From Amoebophrya sp. A120 (taxonomy: Eukaryota > Protista > Dinoflagellata): a stretch of 64,000 nt of DNA. The DNA is taken from the NCBI GenBank assembly GCA_905178155.1, contig CAJINV010000002.1, forward strand, positions 11,138,634 through 11,202,633. The letters are read 5' to 3'. Of the stretch, positions 1 through 12,934 are shown one piece after another. The position numbers were made by a program, and so were the translations under genes. Under the pieces are notes generated by a model that saw only the letters and a program-made list of their open reading frames with translations, was not told the origin of the DNA and ran no database searches. Every line of letters starts with the position of its first letter. Position 1 is the stretch's first letter.

Positions 1-520
1 CGTGGTAGTTCCCGTCGTTGTGCGACCGCGAGGACCCCGCCCGCATTGGGCGCGCGCCCGAGGCGGCAAGCCTTAGGCCCAACAGCGCAAAGGCAAAGCG
101 CGGCAGCGGGCGGGCCCCAGTGGACGGGGGAAGGAAGCAGGAGAACAGCCCGCGCCATGCGCGGCGCCTGCGCGCGACGCCCCGGCCGCGCGTGTGCTGT
201 GTGAGCGGCCCGCCCGTGCCGCCTGCCGGTGCGCCGGCCCTGCCCCTGCGCGCCTTCATGCTCTCCCGTCCATCTCCCGCGCGCAGCCTTGCAGGACAGG
301 GGCGCGCTCCTGGGGGCCCTGCCGCGCGTGAAGGTAGAGGACGGGCGCCGGGGCGGGGCATTCATTTTTTTCCAGGCGCTTGGGCCCACCACCCTCCCTC
401 CGCACCCCCCGGACAACTATGGCTCCCCACGCGCTGGCCCGCACGCAATCTGTTCCGCTCCCGCCTTCCCTCGCGCGCAGCCAGCCCCCAAGACAGAAAC
501 GGCGGACGGTGGCGCCCTCC

Positions 521-1289
521 NNNNNNNNNNNNNNNNNNNNNNNNNNNNNNNNNNNNNNNNNNNNNNNNNNNNNNNNNNNNNNNNNNNNNNNNNNNNNNNN
601 NNNNNNNNNNNNNNNNNNNNNNNNNNNNNNNNNNNNNNNNNNNNNNNNNNNNNNNNNNNNNNNNNNNNNNNNNNNNNNNNNNNNNNNNNNNNNNNNNNNN
701 NNNNNNNNNNNNNNNNNNNNNNNNNNNNNNNNNNNNNNNNNNNNNNNNNNNNNNNNNNNNNNNNNNNNNNNNNNNNNNNNNNNNNNNNNNNNNNNNNNNN
801 NNNNNNNNNNNNNNNNNNNNNNNNNNNNNNNNNNNNNNNNNNNNNNNNNNNNNNNNNNNNNNNNNNNNNNNNNNNNNNNNNNNNNNNNNNNNNNNNNNNN
901 NNNNNNNNNNNNNNNNNNNNNNNNNNNNNNNNNNNNNNNNNNNNNNNNNNNNNNNNNNNNNNNNNNNNNNNNNNNNNNNNNNNNNNNNNNNNNNNNNNNN
1001 NNNNNNNNNNNNNNNNNNNNNNNNNNNNNNNNNNNNNNNNNNNNNNNNNNNNNNNNNNNNNNNNNNNNNNNNNNNNNNNNNNNNNNNNNNNNNNNNNNNN
1101 NNNNNNNNNNNNNNNNNNNNNNNNNNNNNNNNNNNNNNNNNNNNNNNNNNNNNNNNNNNNNNNNNNNNNNNNNNNNNNNNNNNNNNNNNNNNNNNNNNNN
1201 NNNNNNNNNNNNNNNNNNNNNNNNNNNNNNNNNNNNNNNNNNNNNNNNNNNNNNNNNNNNNNNNNNNNNNNNNNNNNNNNNNNNNNNNN
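521..1289. other. Assembly gap (N run)
   Basis: Continuous Ns; ORFs spanning it are artefacts. Confidence 0.99.
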
Positions 1290-1850
1290 AAATATTTCGG
1301 CTTGCGAAGTATTTTGGCTTGCGAAGTTTTTATTTTGGCTTGCAAAATATTCCGACTTGCGAAATAATTCGACTGGTGAAATTTTTTGGCTTGCGAAATC
1401 TTTTGCGTTGCAAAATATTTCGAGTTGCGAAATATCTTGAGTCGCGAAATGTTTTGCGTTGCAGAGTTTTTTTTCGCTTTGGGAAATATTTGAAGTGGCA
1501 AAACGTTTTGCGTTCTTGCAAAATAGTCGGGAGCTCGGCGATGGGAATTGGGCGACGAAGGTTGGCAATCCAGCGATGGGAGTTGGGAGCCCGTGCGTTC
1601 TGCTCTCCCCGTGCCCTCCGCCTTCAGAGCTGCAAAAACGGGGGAAGCGGTTTCTTCGGGGGGTTGTTGCGAAATATTTTCTGGTCAGAATATTTTCCGA
1701 GGGTTGAGAAATATTCTGAGTTGCAAAATATTCCGACTTCCAAAATATTTCGACTTGCAAAATATTTCGAGTTGCGAAATATTTTGCGTTGCAGAGTATT
1801 TTGATTCGCAAAATGTTGCGAGTTGCAAAATATTTCGCGTTGCAAAATAG
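1290..1850. repeat. Degenerate tandem satellite, ~17-bp unit TTGC(G/A)AAATATTTCGAG with palindromic core GAAATATTTC
   Basis: Many imperfect copies of GC(G/A)AAATATTT and CGA(G/C)TTGC, interrupted at ~1525-1660. Confidence 0.85.
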
Positions 1851-2005
1851 TTGGGCGATGGGCATTGGGCGATGAAAGTTGGGAGCTGGGCGATGGGGTT
1901 TGGGAAGTGGGCGACGGGAGTTGGGGGCTAATCGATGGGGGTGGTGGCGAGTTTGGCGGTGGGATTTGCGAATTGGGCGATGGGATTTGGGCGGTGGGCG
2001 GTTAG
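1848..2005. repeat. G-rich short tandem repeat (TGGGCGATGGG-like, ~14-bp unit)
   Basis: Repeated GGGCGA(T/C)GGG; related copies at ~1528-1590. Confidence 0.75.
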
Positions 2006-3592
2006 CGATTTCGCAAGTCGCGGAATTTTTGGGAAGTTTGAAAATTGTAGAAAAATTTTCGGCGTGGATGATTTTCCTCCCCGTCGCAAAGTTTTAACTC
2101 ACACCGCTCAGCAATAGGAGTTATAGTACTTAGATTGCTGCTAGAGGCAGGGCACTGGAGCCCATGCGAAAAGTTGCACCTCGTGGTCTCAGAAGCATGT
2201 TGCTCGCGCTTTCAACTTCAACACCCAAGTACTACAACTTCACAACTTGTTCTGGATGTGGGGTAGGAGCTACATTTCAATGTGCTGTTCGGAATAATTT
2301 TTAAGTGATACTGATACGCACCAAGTAAGGGAAAACGAAAAGCAAAAGTCCAGTATTTGACACCGAAGAACTGAAATGCACCACATGTCATATTTCTTGG
2401 ATTTGTTTGTGTGAGGACTCTGGTACGAGAACAGTGTCGCTTCCAGGCTGTTACTGGGTGCTTTTGTTTGAACCAAACAACCTACTTGCGGAATGGAAAG
2501 GACCGCGGAACTGGCGAGGGAGTAGAGTTTGAAGATCTGTTGCTCTGGTATATCATGAGAGGCGAAGGGATCATATTCATAGGAATGACGATGAGAGCGA
2601 GAACCGGATGTCCAGGCGCTGGACCCACAGGCTTAATTTGTATGACTCTGACTCTTGGACTTGGAGCCAAAGATGAAGATAATAATAGGGACGATCATCA
2701 ATATCAAAAGTACGCGGACACGTGGACCCCTTGATCGCTGTTGTGGTGGATGCAGAGAGTACTTACTACGTTTGAGCCACATAGAAAGGGGATGCCGCAC
2801 CCTCATCATGTATCAATCTAGTAGTCGCGTGCCCCACCCCTATCGCCCTGTGTAATTAATAGGCAGAGCTGTTGCAGATGCAGCTGTGCTCCTCTTCCCC
2901 TTGTCTAGCGAGCCACATGAGAAGAGCCCACCGCGGCCCCCACACCCCATACTTACAAACATAGATGAAACATAAAGTAGCGTCGTGAAATGTAAGTGGT
3001 ACTACTACATTCAGATTCACATGTGGGACTAAACTGCCTGTCCTGCACCCTTCTCCGGGGCGAAGGCCCGAGGAGCCGAAAGAATTGAGCTGCTTGATAT
3101 CAAACTAATTATCCTTGGCGAAATGCCTTACTTTGCGTCCGCTATCGGGAAGGTATTTGTTGGCCTGAGTTTATCCTTTCCGAACACGTTCCCCGCCGAC
3201 ATTTGATGTCGTTGTCCTCCGCCGAATGACGTCCCACAATCAATTGATTTCTTGGCATTGGTACAAATTCTGGGCAAAAGGCACCTGCTTAGTTTGGCTG
3301 GGTGTGTTTGTCATGAGCATGATCTTCTAAACCCCATGGCCATAGGAAACAGGCCTTTCAATATGCGACGAAGCGACCGAATCTTGGTTACATTGCGGAC
3401 ACAGATAGATGTTTCCTGCGCCGGGAACAAGTTGTATAGCGCCGGAGCTTCAATGCATGCAGTCACACTTATTGTTTGGCGCTTTTCTACTTCTACTTAT
3501 GGGCAATCCGCAGAGCTTTGTATTTTGATTTTCTTTGTCTTCCTCTTCGCGTCAAAAAGACAGCATCCTTGATGCGTTGATGTCGTTGTGTC

Positions 3593-4976
3593 GTGGACGT
3601 TTTCACTAAGGAAGGATATATTTATCACGCTCCGCGCACTTTTGCGATTAATGATGTGGCTGGCGGGAAACGCATCAAGTCCGAACAGCGCCGGGAGGAG
3701 GTTTCTGTGCGGTTCGACGCTACCATGTCGCGTGTGGAAAACGCGAACGAGCCGGATAACCCGGGCGACTACATGGACGAGCCTTTACGTCTTGACCTGA
3801 CGCAACCACGAACGGCCGACGCGGAGACGGGGCCGTCTGGGACAGACGAGTACTCGGATGAAATCGATGACGATAATATTGACACGTTACGCGTTTTGCC
3901 CTTGACAGCTAATACGGGCGACGTGGAGCAGGAGGCTGGCGCGGCTGAATTACCCGGCCGGCACCACTCGTACCTGCAGATGGACGAAGTTGTCACTGCA
4001 AGTAGCAAGCAGAAGCAGGGGAAACGCAGGGAGAAACCCAGATCGGTGCTGCAGCTGTTCGAGCGTCTGCAAAAGCAGAAGCCAAACATCGGAGGTCAAT
4101 TTGGTCATCAGCCTCAGTCACAGTAACATGAGAACATTAAGGACCTTGGACGCGACCGGGCCTTGCTGGTCCAATGGCATGTGGCCAAGGGAGGTAGGTC
4201 TCGCCCTTGCGCAATTTCTGGGCTTCGTGTGATGCACTGCGGGGCGTGCACCTGAAGAAGAACCCAGAGCACCACACGGAGGACAAACCTTCCGCATTCG
4301 CATATATTGTGTGTGATGCAAACAAAATCTTTCATCTCGGTGCGGGGGCCAACAAGCGCCCGAAAGTCGTTTCGAAATCGTCGAGAGAAAACACGCACGC
4401 CCTCAAGTTCTCCCGGCACCAGCAATACTGCTGGCATGCCGCCGAGAGCGACGAGTGTGATGCGGGGCCGCGTCGCAGCCGCGCCTGGTTTTCGCTGACA
4501 TGTGCCGCTGCCGAGCTGGGCGCGAAGCATGACAAAGCAAAGCTCCTCCTTGGTTGCACTTGTCCTGAACATCTGGACGGCCCCCCTCCTGTGTGCCGCT
4601 TCTTGGAGAATAAGTACTTAGCGGAAGCCAACTCGCTGCGCAGGCGAGAGGGGATCTGCATGTCTTGCGGAGCCTGTATCTGCAGGTGCAGGGCCAGGGG
4701 CGCATGGGCGCCGGCTTGTACGCGCCAACTGCTATCCCCGGTCACGTGCCGCCCGGCCAGCTGGACGTATCTCCCCGGCCGCGTCGACTTTCCTTGCATC
4801 ACGATGTTGACAACGAACGCGGCTGCGTTTTCGCGCATGCAGTGCAAAAAACCCATGGGCATGTTCCACCTTTTGTGAAATGTAAGAACGATGAGGATTG
4901 TCTCGTGTACCACACGGCGTATCAAGAGGAACCGCGCACATGCACATACCCCACAAACCTTGAACGCATCGTGTAA
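3593..4976 (+). pseudogene. Disrupted Cys/His-rich gene with a frameshifted SWIM-like zinc finger, possibly transposon-derived
   Basis: ORF 3593-4126 stays open in frame past the TAA. The frame then shifts into ORF 4207-4878 (GCTCPEH...EGIC) and again at ~4660 into HVLRSLYL, which rebuilds a CxC-x(n)-CxH-VL pattern. Confidence 0.45.
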
Positions 4977-5439
4977 AAATAAAAGCCGTGGGTATTTGCT
5001 TTTTCTGCAAAACCGGAAAAATTAGAAGAATTTTAGACGCCGGGACCGCCCGGGCGTTTTCCGCATGAACCGCAGGGGACCAGCGCCACCACTTTTCGGG
5101 CGAGGATGTTATTCAGTGGAGCGCGCAAGGACAATGATTCGCGGTGTGGTCTCTGTGTGCTTTTTATTTTGCAATAGTTAGGCTACAACTGATGAGGAAA
5201 GACACAGAACTAATTCCCGCGGACACATATGCATATGAAAGAGTGAATGAATGGTAATAGGCTACAGCTTGTTCTTGCCGAGTAGTCCGCGATCTCGTGC
5301 CGGCTCAGTCATGCATCTTGCCGGAGCTCGTTAAGGCGCGCGCGCGCCTTCACCACGAAGCCCAACCAAGTCGGGCACGAGCGTAATTAGCAAGCAAATG
5401 GGGCGCGCCCTCCCGGTTGGGGCCTAGCAGAAATAGCAT

Positions 5440-5620
5440 CCACATGCCGGCTTGCGCGTGGGGGTTGTCAGATGGTGTGCGTTTTCCCCGGAGAAGCCCG
5501 ACCGAATGCCATGCCAAGAAGAAGGAAGCAGCACCCACATGCCGGCTTGGGAGGTGTCGGATGGTGTGTGCTCTCTCCGGAGGAGGCCCGCCGACCGAAT
5601 GCCATGCCAAGGAGAAGAAC
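5440..5620. repeat. ~90-bp tandem duplication
   Basis: CCACATGCCGGCTTG...GATGGTGTG...CCGACCGAATGCCATGCCAAG occurs twice (~5440-5525 and ~5534-5618). Confidence 0.85.
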
Positions 5621-6089
5621 CGCGGAAGCGGCGCCTTTGGTTCTCTCTGCGCGGCGGCAGGCCCGCGCCATTTTGCCTGGCGGCCGAGGGTGCCAGAGTG
5701 CGTGCCTTGGCCGCGGTTGGTTCGCGTCCTCTGCACAAAGTCCAGGCGCTTCGTGGGCCGCGCAACCCTCCCCGACGGGCCCAGGAAACAGGGCGAGGTG
5801 CCCCCGGCTCCTCTGATTGTCGGAGCGCCCGTTCCTGTTTCTGTGGGGCCACGCCATGTTTCGCCTTTGCGAGCCCAGAAGGCCTACAGGCTTTTGGCGC
5901 GATACTGATTACCCCGCCACACAACCGCGCGCGATATTTACAAGCCTCGGGGCGAGCCCTGCTGGGCTCGCCTGGGCTTGCGATTCTCGGTTGCGACCGG
6001 TCTGCCAGTGGTTGGGTAAGGAGCTGCACGGAGGCAGGGAGAGGGGGCCCGGAGGCAGTCTGGACACGCTCGCGCGCCGGAATTGCCCT

Positions 6090-6885
6090 GGCTGCCCCGC
6101 GCTAGCCGGCTGCCGTTTGCCCCGCCCGCGCCCTCAGGGTAGCCAGCCCGCCGGCTGCCGCTAGTCTGACTGTGGGCTGCAGCTACCCGCCCGGCTACGG
6201 TTGCCTAGCCTTCGGGCTGCCGCTTGCCTGCGGGCTGCCTGGCGCTGCCCTGCCGGCTCCCGCTAGGTACACTGCCGGCCGCCGCTAGCCTGCCCGCCGG
6301 GCCGCCTGCCGTTAGCCTGTGTGCCGACAGCCGCTAGCCTGCCGGCAGACGCTACCTAGCCCGCCGGCCGCCGCTAGCCTGCGGGCCCGCCTCAGCTATC
6401 CTGCGGGCTGCAGCCACCCAGCAGGGTATGGCTAGCCCGCCGGCCGCTAGCCAGCGGGCAACCAATTGTTACCCTGCCGGCAGCCGCTACCCTGGTGGCC
6501 GCCGCCACCGCCGCGGGCCTGTGTGCCGGCTGCCGCCATCGACCCTGTGTGCTAGCCTTCCGGCTGCGTGCCGCTACCCTGCCGGGGGCCGTTTGCCACC
6601 CTGCCGCTGGTGCCGCTAGCCGGCCGCTAGCCCCGCGCTGGCCTGGCGGGCCTGCCGGCTGCCGCAGGCCGGACGGCTCGCGGTCGCCGGCCCAGCGCCC
6701 CCGCTCGTTGTCGCCGGCCAGCCTGTGTGCCCGCCGGCTGCCGCTAGCCTGCGTGCCCCATGGTTCGTTGCCGCTAGCCCGCGCGCCCGCAGGCTGCCGC
6801 TAGCGATAGGTAGCTTGCTCGGCCGCGGGCCGGCCGCCGCTACCGGGCGGGCAGGCCGGCTGCCGCTAGCCAGGCGGGCAGCCTT
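6090..6885. repeat. GC-rich degenerate repeat array built on GCCGCTAGCC / GCCGGCTGCC
   Basis: Numerous copies of GCCGCTAGCC and CCGGCTGCCG. Confidence 0.85.
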
Positions 6886-8624
6886 CGCAGAGCCCTACAG
6901 CAAGTAGTGCGCTGCGCCCTCTCTCCGGGCGAAATCGCATGGGCCTCCCTAAAGGGTCGCGCGCCGTACAAACCTCCCGAGAGATGATCACCTTAAGAAT
7001 GCCCGTAAAGACGCCCCGTAAAAAGGATTTCCCCTGAAAGGGGTCGCTTCAAAATTTTTCGCCGTATGTAAATCTCGATGTTATGCATGGGCCCGGTTTG
7101 CTGGCCTGCAAATAGTCGCGCCGCCCGGCGCACACAGGAAACAAAACGCAGCATGCCGCCGGCGAAAAAATGTATGAACCCCCCCTGCCATCAGCGATTC
7201 CGCGCCCCTTCTTCTTTTAGGGAGCTTTGAGAGGGGAACTCTTAAGGCAGATTCTTAAGGAGTCTTATCGGATAAGCCTCCTTATTCTTATGGATAGCAT
7301 TAATATCCATAAAGAATATGTAAAAGTAAGGGCAGTGTAGTGATTGAGCTCACCGCGCGGCTCTATCCAGGACTTGCTTGCCATGAACGGCCAGCAGTTG
7401 AAGAGCTTACACACGGGACGTTCTTTCGCCTGAAAAAAAAGCCAGCGCGCACGCCTGTTTAGTTTTGCTGCCAACACATTGCCGGGGGGTTCTATCGGTC
7501 GCCGTTTGATAGAATGACGCAGGCAGGAGGGCCGGCGAAAGGGGCGCCCTTCTGAGGCGTTCGCCGCGTGGTATTCTGGCGATTCGGGGCGCCCAAAGGC
7601 GCGCCGCAAAAAAGGGCTCGCAAAATTGGGACGGCCAAACCGCGCGACATTGCCGAGGTTTTGGAATATTTTTGGCGAGCGTAGTACCGGCCGCGCCTTC
7701 GTCTGTTCCCCCGCTCATATCTCAGCCTGAGAAGCTTCTGAAAAAGTGCGGCCTTGGAAAATGGCAGCGAACACAAAAACGCAAAAGCGCGCCAGTTTCA
7801 TGAAGCCAATCGCGACCAATCGCTATGCTAAAGGCCCGATTTTTTATGTAGGTGACCTGCCTTCGTTGTATGTAGAAAGAACCGAAATAAAATAAAAGCT
7901 GCGGCGCTTTTCTTCTTGAAGTGCCTGCCACCCCATGCAGTGCAGCCAACGTTATCCACGAGGGCACGTCGGCCCCGCAAAAAGCAACAGCGCGGCCTGC
8001 CTGTGGTCAGGTGGGGGAAGTGGAACGCAGAAAAACGGCAGCGACCGCACCATCCCCGCCCCGGCGGCTGCGTTTGGCATCAGGCGCGGGGGCATCTTGC
8101 CGGACACAAAAAGCATAGAAGTGTTGCTTTTTGAGCCCAGCAGCCGCAACGCCCCTCGGCAGCGCATCGACAAGCCGCTATCGTCGGCAATAGGTTGGCT
8201 ATCCGCCTGTGCCTGAAGCTGCACGAGAAAGCACAAGTAGCTAGCGCGCGACAGTCCGCCATCAGGCACGCTGCCAGCATCGCCACGATTGCGATCATGC
8301 AGCCCTCCACATCGCGGCGGCCTCTAGATGAAGCCGGCCCGTCGCCCTGGCCGGAAATCGTATACATTTTTACCCCGTCAATACCGTCCGCCGCAGTTGA
8401 TCAAGAACAAGAATTCACGTAAAGACGAACAGGGCGCACCCCACGTTTACGCACTTGCCTTGCCGCCGCAAAAGTTTAGATTTTTTCGTGAGGTTCCCCT
8501 TTCTTGCATTGGGATTTGGCTGCTCGGTAGTCGTTGTTTGGTCCAATTGCAATTCTAGTAAAGGCACAGAGCCCGGATTGCGCAAGGGAGCTTCGTCTCG
8601 ATACAACTGCCGACACTGGAAGAT

Positions 8625-9551
8625 TTGGAGTCGCACCAGGGGATGAAAGGACATCCCTCTAGCCACCACCACGCTTCGGGGAAGACATCATTTGCGGAAG
8701 CCTTATTATCTGGGGTTGAGACAACTGCTACAATGTCTAGTTGGCGCCTTAGTTCTGTCAAGACAACAGCTCCAGAAAAGACAACCACCACAACTACTAC
8801 TACAACTCCCGCTTCTACTTGGTTTTCTCGCATGCTTGGTGGACATGGTGATGCAGAAGCTTCAGTCGAAGACGAAGACGCAGATGTAGATGAAGTTGTT
8901 GAAGATATCAAAGCGCAAATAGTACTGGCAACCAGCGGGAATGATGTTCGTGACAACAGGCCCGCTCGCTCCTGCCTTTTAAGCTGGAAACATAGCCACG
9001 GTGACACCGAACCTGACCACATTCTCAACCACTGCAACAGTAACGAGGGCCCCCTCGTGTGTGTTTTTATTTTACCGGAAAACGAGCACCCAGAATGGGC
9101 TTACCGTGTGCAAGCGACTTACAATAAATGCAGCATGCACCCTTCTGTTCTTCATGGCGCGAGCCCCCTTCTGTTCTTCAACGCAGGGTCCGGTCGATTT
9201 TTCCAACTCTCAACTTCGAAGGATGAGGATGGCTGTGATGTCGGCAACGTCCCCGGCGCTCTGTTCAACGACCAAACATGGGTCAGCCAAACCGACTTTC
9301 CGTACTCGATGCGCCGAAGCGTTTTTTGTCATAATGAGAATGTACTCCGTGAGCCGGAGCACAAGGGTGTGGCTGAGTACCGATTTCTTCCCTTCCAGCA
9401 TGATCTGGGGAAGACTTTTCTCGATTGCAATGAGATCCGCCAAGACGTGGTGAGTGTCTTCCATTATCAATGCTCACACTTCAGAGAGGCGTCTCACACT
9501 CACTCTCATGCTGACCAAATCAGAATGTGCGGGCCGCAACTAAAACCATAA
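8625..9551 (+). CDS. Hypothetical protein with Thr-rich linker and weak TLDc-like segment
   Basis: 308-codon ORF (first ATG 8643); LLSWKHSHGD...HCNSNEGPLVCVF loosely resembles the TLDc pattern LLY..S.DG...FH..CD.KGPT. Confidence 0.4.
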   Translation: MESHQGMKGHPSSHHHASGKTSFAEALLSGVETTATMSSWRLSSVKTTAPEKTTTTTTTTTPASTWFSRMLGGHGDAEASVEDEDADVDEVVEDIKAQIVLATSGNDVRDNRPARSCLLSWKHSHGDTEPDHILNHCNSNEGPLVCVFILPENEHPEWAYRVQATYNKCSMHPSVLHGASPLLFFNAGSGRFFQLSTSKDEDGCDVGNVPGALFNDQTWVSQTDFPYSMRRSVFCHNENVLREPEHKGVAEYRFLPFQHDLGKTFLDCNEIRQDVVSVFHYQCSHFREASHTHSHADQIRMCGPQLKP

Positions 9552-9725
9552 CCAACTCCATAGCGCTAGGGAGTTGGTGGAACTGCAAGAAACTACAAAA
9601 TGCACTTCGTACTCGCTTTTATTTTTACAGATAGTTATGAAATACAAATAGCAGCGGGGTAGTCACTGTAAGTATGCGCATGCAGCGCAACAGCGCATAG
9701 TATATATAATTATATTTTTTTGTAT

Positions 9726-12700
9726 GGGATCGGATTTTTTCGGAACTATGTAAACTGAGAACGGAACCGACAGGCACTACACCGGGGGGGGGTTGTCTTC
9801 AATTTTTGTTCGTTTCGTTTTGTTTTTTTGCTTCCCGTGGGGTTTCTGTTTTTTTTTGTTTTTCTGCTTTCGGTTTCGGTTTCTTCTTCTCTTTTTTCTT
9901 TTTCTCCCTTGATCCAAAATGTTCCTTCTATCTCCCTAGAGGGGACAAAAGTCGTGGGATTGGCGCCCGTTCCACGGCTTTCGCTCCGTCGAGCTGGCTC
10001 CGCCCCCGTAAAAAATCTTCTCCGCCTCCGCAAAGTCTGACTGCTTCGCCTCCGCAAAGTCTGCTCGCCCCCTCCGCCTCCGTAAGGTCTGCTGCGCAGG
10101 GCTTAGCGTCTCAAGCTGCGCAGCCCCTCGGCGATGCCTATTCTGCATGAAAAAAATCGCCAACAGCAGGCATCTTTTGCAACTCAGGCGAGACAGAATC
10201 TTGCGTGACCCAACACGAGCGCCATACATTCCACGTCTGCCAGCACCAGAACTATCTGGAGCGCATAAATAGCCCGGGCGTTTTTCATGCAGCTTAGGCA
10301 TGATAGAGTTAGGGATGTCATAGAATCTGTCACGCTAGGTGCTGCGTCCAGGCCTCGTGGGCCATGGGAAACCTGCGTGACAAGGTTTGCAATCTGCCAG
10401 CCCCAGACAAATTTTCGACGCATAGCGATGCGCGACGTAATGAACCAAAGACGAAGCCTCACCGGGGCAAAAGCGCACGCAGTTTCTCCGCGTCTCCATT
10501 CGCGCCCCTCCGCAAACAACAGCAAACCTTGTCACCCTGCGCCGCCCTATCGCTTCGCTTTTTTTTTTGCAGGCCCCCTTTGCCGCACCTGCCGGGCGCG
10601 CGCAGCCAGCTCGTCTTGTCTGGTTGGATGCCATTCCTTCGCACCAGGAGCCACCTACTGGCGCGCCTGTCGGGGCTTCTCCGGGCGTTCTTCGTTCCCA
10701 TTCCCGCACCTGTTCACGGCTTCGAGCTCCGTTCCCAGTCTCGCCTTTTTAAGAAAACGCGAGAGCATGCGGGGAAGGATCCACAGTCCGCCTCCCAGTT
10801 AGTTTAGACAGCTCCAAACAAAGCCACGCCCTTTCTTTAATATTAATCCGCTTGCAGTTTGACGCTGACCGCGTCGATGAGTCCCTCGCACTCGCTTATC
10901 CGGACTAACTTTTGCGCTTAGTTACAGCGAACAGCTTAGGAGCTCTTCGCAGCAAGCGAAAACCTGGGCTGTTGGCTGAAGCTTTTCGCCCTGGCGCAAC
11001 CGATGACGGAGCTTGATGCTTGGGCTTTTGTGGAATTTTCCAAACAGAGAACTTTTGAAAAAGTAAGGAAATGTCCGGCGGAGGGGCGTCGCACGCCGAT
11101 GGGAGCACTTGGCGACTAGCGCAAGACCTCTCAGTGGGTCCGTGTCATCTTCAGGAAATTGGAGTAAATCAACCGACCTAATACGGGGCCCCATGTAGAA
11201 AAAACGGCGGCCAGCGCCTTTCTGTACGCAAAAGCGACGACGTGGCCACATGTGGAAAAATAGAAAACACCCCGCCAAGCCCCGCGCCACGCCCCCCGCC
11301 ACTACACCCCCCGCCACACCCCCGCGCCTGTCAGCTTGGCCCTTTTGGCGGAGGTTGTGGGATTGGTTTGGAGGAACTTGGAAAAGTCTGGAGCTAACCT
11401 CTTGACTGGTAGGCGACACATAAAAACTATCCCACTGCCGGCGGCCAAATGAAAACTATTTCACTTCGCCAATGACAGCCGTGCACCGTGTACAATGTGA
11501 AAGCGTTTACGAGTGTGCGCTTCCATCGTGGAACCCGCGTCGAGTTGCACAATCCTCCCGCGTCCCGCTCTATTTTGCTATCATGGCATAGATATCTCTC
11601 GCACTCGACAAAACGCTGCTCGAGCAGGCAGAGTGGCGCTGTTTTCGCGAGCGATTTCTGAGGTCGGGGGCTGGTTCGACGAGCGGGCAACGGGCAAAAA
11701 AATGCTTCGGCTACGGTTTTGGGCGATAGGAGTCATGGACTTGAAGTAGTGCGGGTAGTGCGCCTGGATCCGATTTCGTGAGCGAATCGCAGTAGCCGAA
11801 GAAACACGTAGTCCGTTTGCGCAATGAATGCGCTCGCGCTGATTGTGCCCGCAAGAGCCCTCGCGTTCCTGAATTTTGGTCCCGCCCTCCTCTCCCTGCG
11901 AGTTGGTGTCTTTGCAAATTGCAAGTCCCTTTTTTCCTTCTTTCGGAACGGTGGCAGCGCAAAAAAAGCGCTTCGCCCGCCCGCGTGTTATTCTCGTCTC
12001 ATCTTCGTCGTGCTATTGCGATTCAATCTCGTTCCGTCTCCCGGCCTCCTTCCTCAGTTTGTCGAGTGCGAGAGATATGATCTGCCAACTTGGCAAATCA
12101 TATCTCTCGCATTCGACCAAACGTGTTCGAGCAGGCAAATGGCCGCTGTTTTCGAGAACGGTCTCGGAAGTTGGGGGCTGGTTCGACGTGCGGGCAACGG
12201 GCAAAATGCTTCGGCTACGGTTTTGGGCGATAGGAGTTTTCCCTTTCGCATGCTCGTCGCTGCGCTTTGCGTGACGAGTTCCAATGACCCATGACCAGAC
12301 ATATTTGCGCAGCGCAATCGCTGCGCCGAATCCATTGCGCGCAGCTAATAGGTCTGATTCTGGAAGACAGGGAATGTATGGCGCGCGTGGTGGGCCACGC
12401 AAAAATCTGTCTCACCTCATTGCAAAAGATGCGCGCCTGCTACTCGTAATTTTCCTCATGCAGAATAGGCATCGCCGAGGGGGGGCTGCAGAGCTTGGCT
12501 GTGACGCAAAGCCCTGCGCAGTAGACTTTCCGGAGCAGGCGGAGAAGACTTTGCGGAGCAGGCGGGGCAGATTTTGCGGAGGCGGAGAAGACTTGACGGG
12601 GGCGGAGCTCGATGGAGCGGAAACCGTGCAACGGGCGCAAGCCCCGCAATTTTTGTTCCCCTTAGAAAGAAAGAGAAAGATGAGAAGAGGGCACTTTTTG

Positions 12701-12890
12701 GATCGAGAGAGAAAAAGGAAAGCGAGGAGAAAAAAACGAAACCGAAGAGAACGAAAGCAGAAAAACCAAAAAAAACAACACCAGAAAGAAATAACAAAAC
12801 GAAACGAACAGAAACTGAGGACGGATCGCGCCGGTGTAGTGCCTGCCGGTTCCGTTCTCAGTTTACATAGTTCCGAAAAAATCCGATCCC
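9726..12890. mobile_element. Non-autonomous foldback DNA transposon with long TIRs and 3-bp TAT target duplication
   Basis: GGGATCGGATTTTTTCGGAACTATGTAAACTGAGAACGGAACC... at 9726 is mirrored at 12890 (~60 bp with 1 mismatch; imperfect similarity to ~10265/12340). TAT flanks both ends (9723-9725, 12891-12893). No transposase ORF recognised. Confidence 0.85.
11585..12240. repeat. Internal ~145-bp direct repeat and ~60-bp hairpin inside the foldback element
   Basis: ATATCTCTCGCA(C/T)TCGAC...GCTACGGTTTTGGGCGATAGGAGT at ~11590-11735 and ~12100-12238; hairpin GTCGAGTGCGAGAGATATGAT...ATCATATCTCTCGCATTCGAC at 12061-12117. Confidence 0.85.
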
Positions 12891-12934
12891 TATTTGAGAC
12901 GTTTATGGATGAAATTTTTCTTCGTGAGAGTCTA

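Noticed and set aside
18-1865. Long ORFs at the window start
   Set aside because: They are open only because they cross the N gap and satellite DNA.
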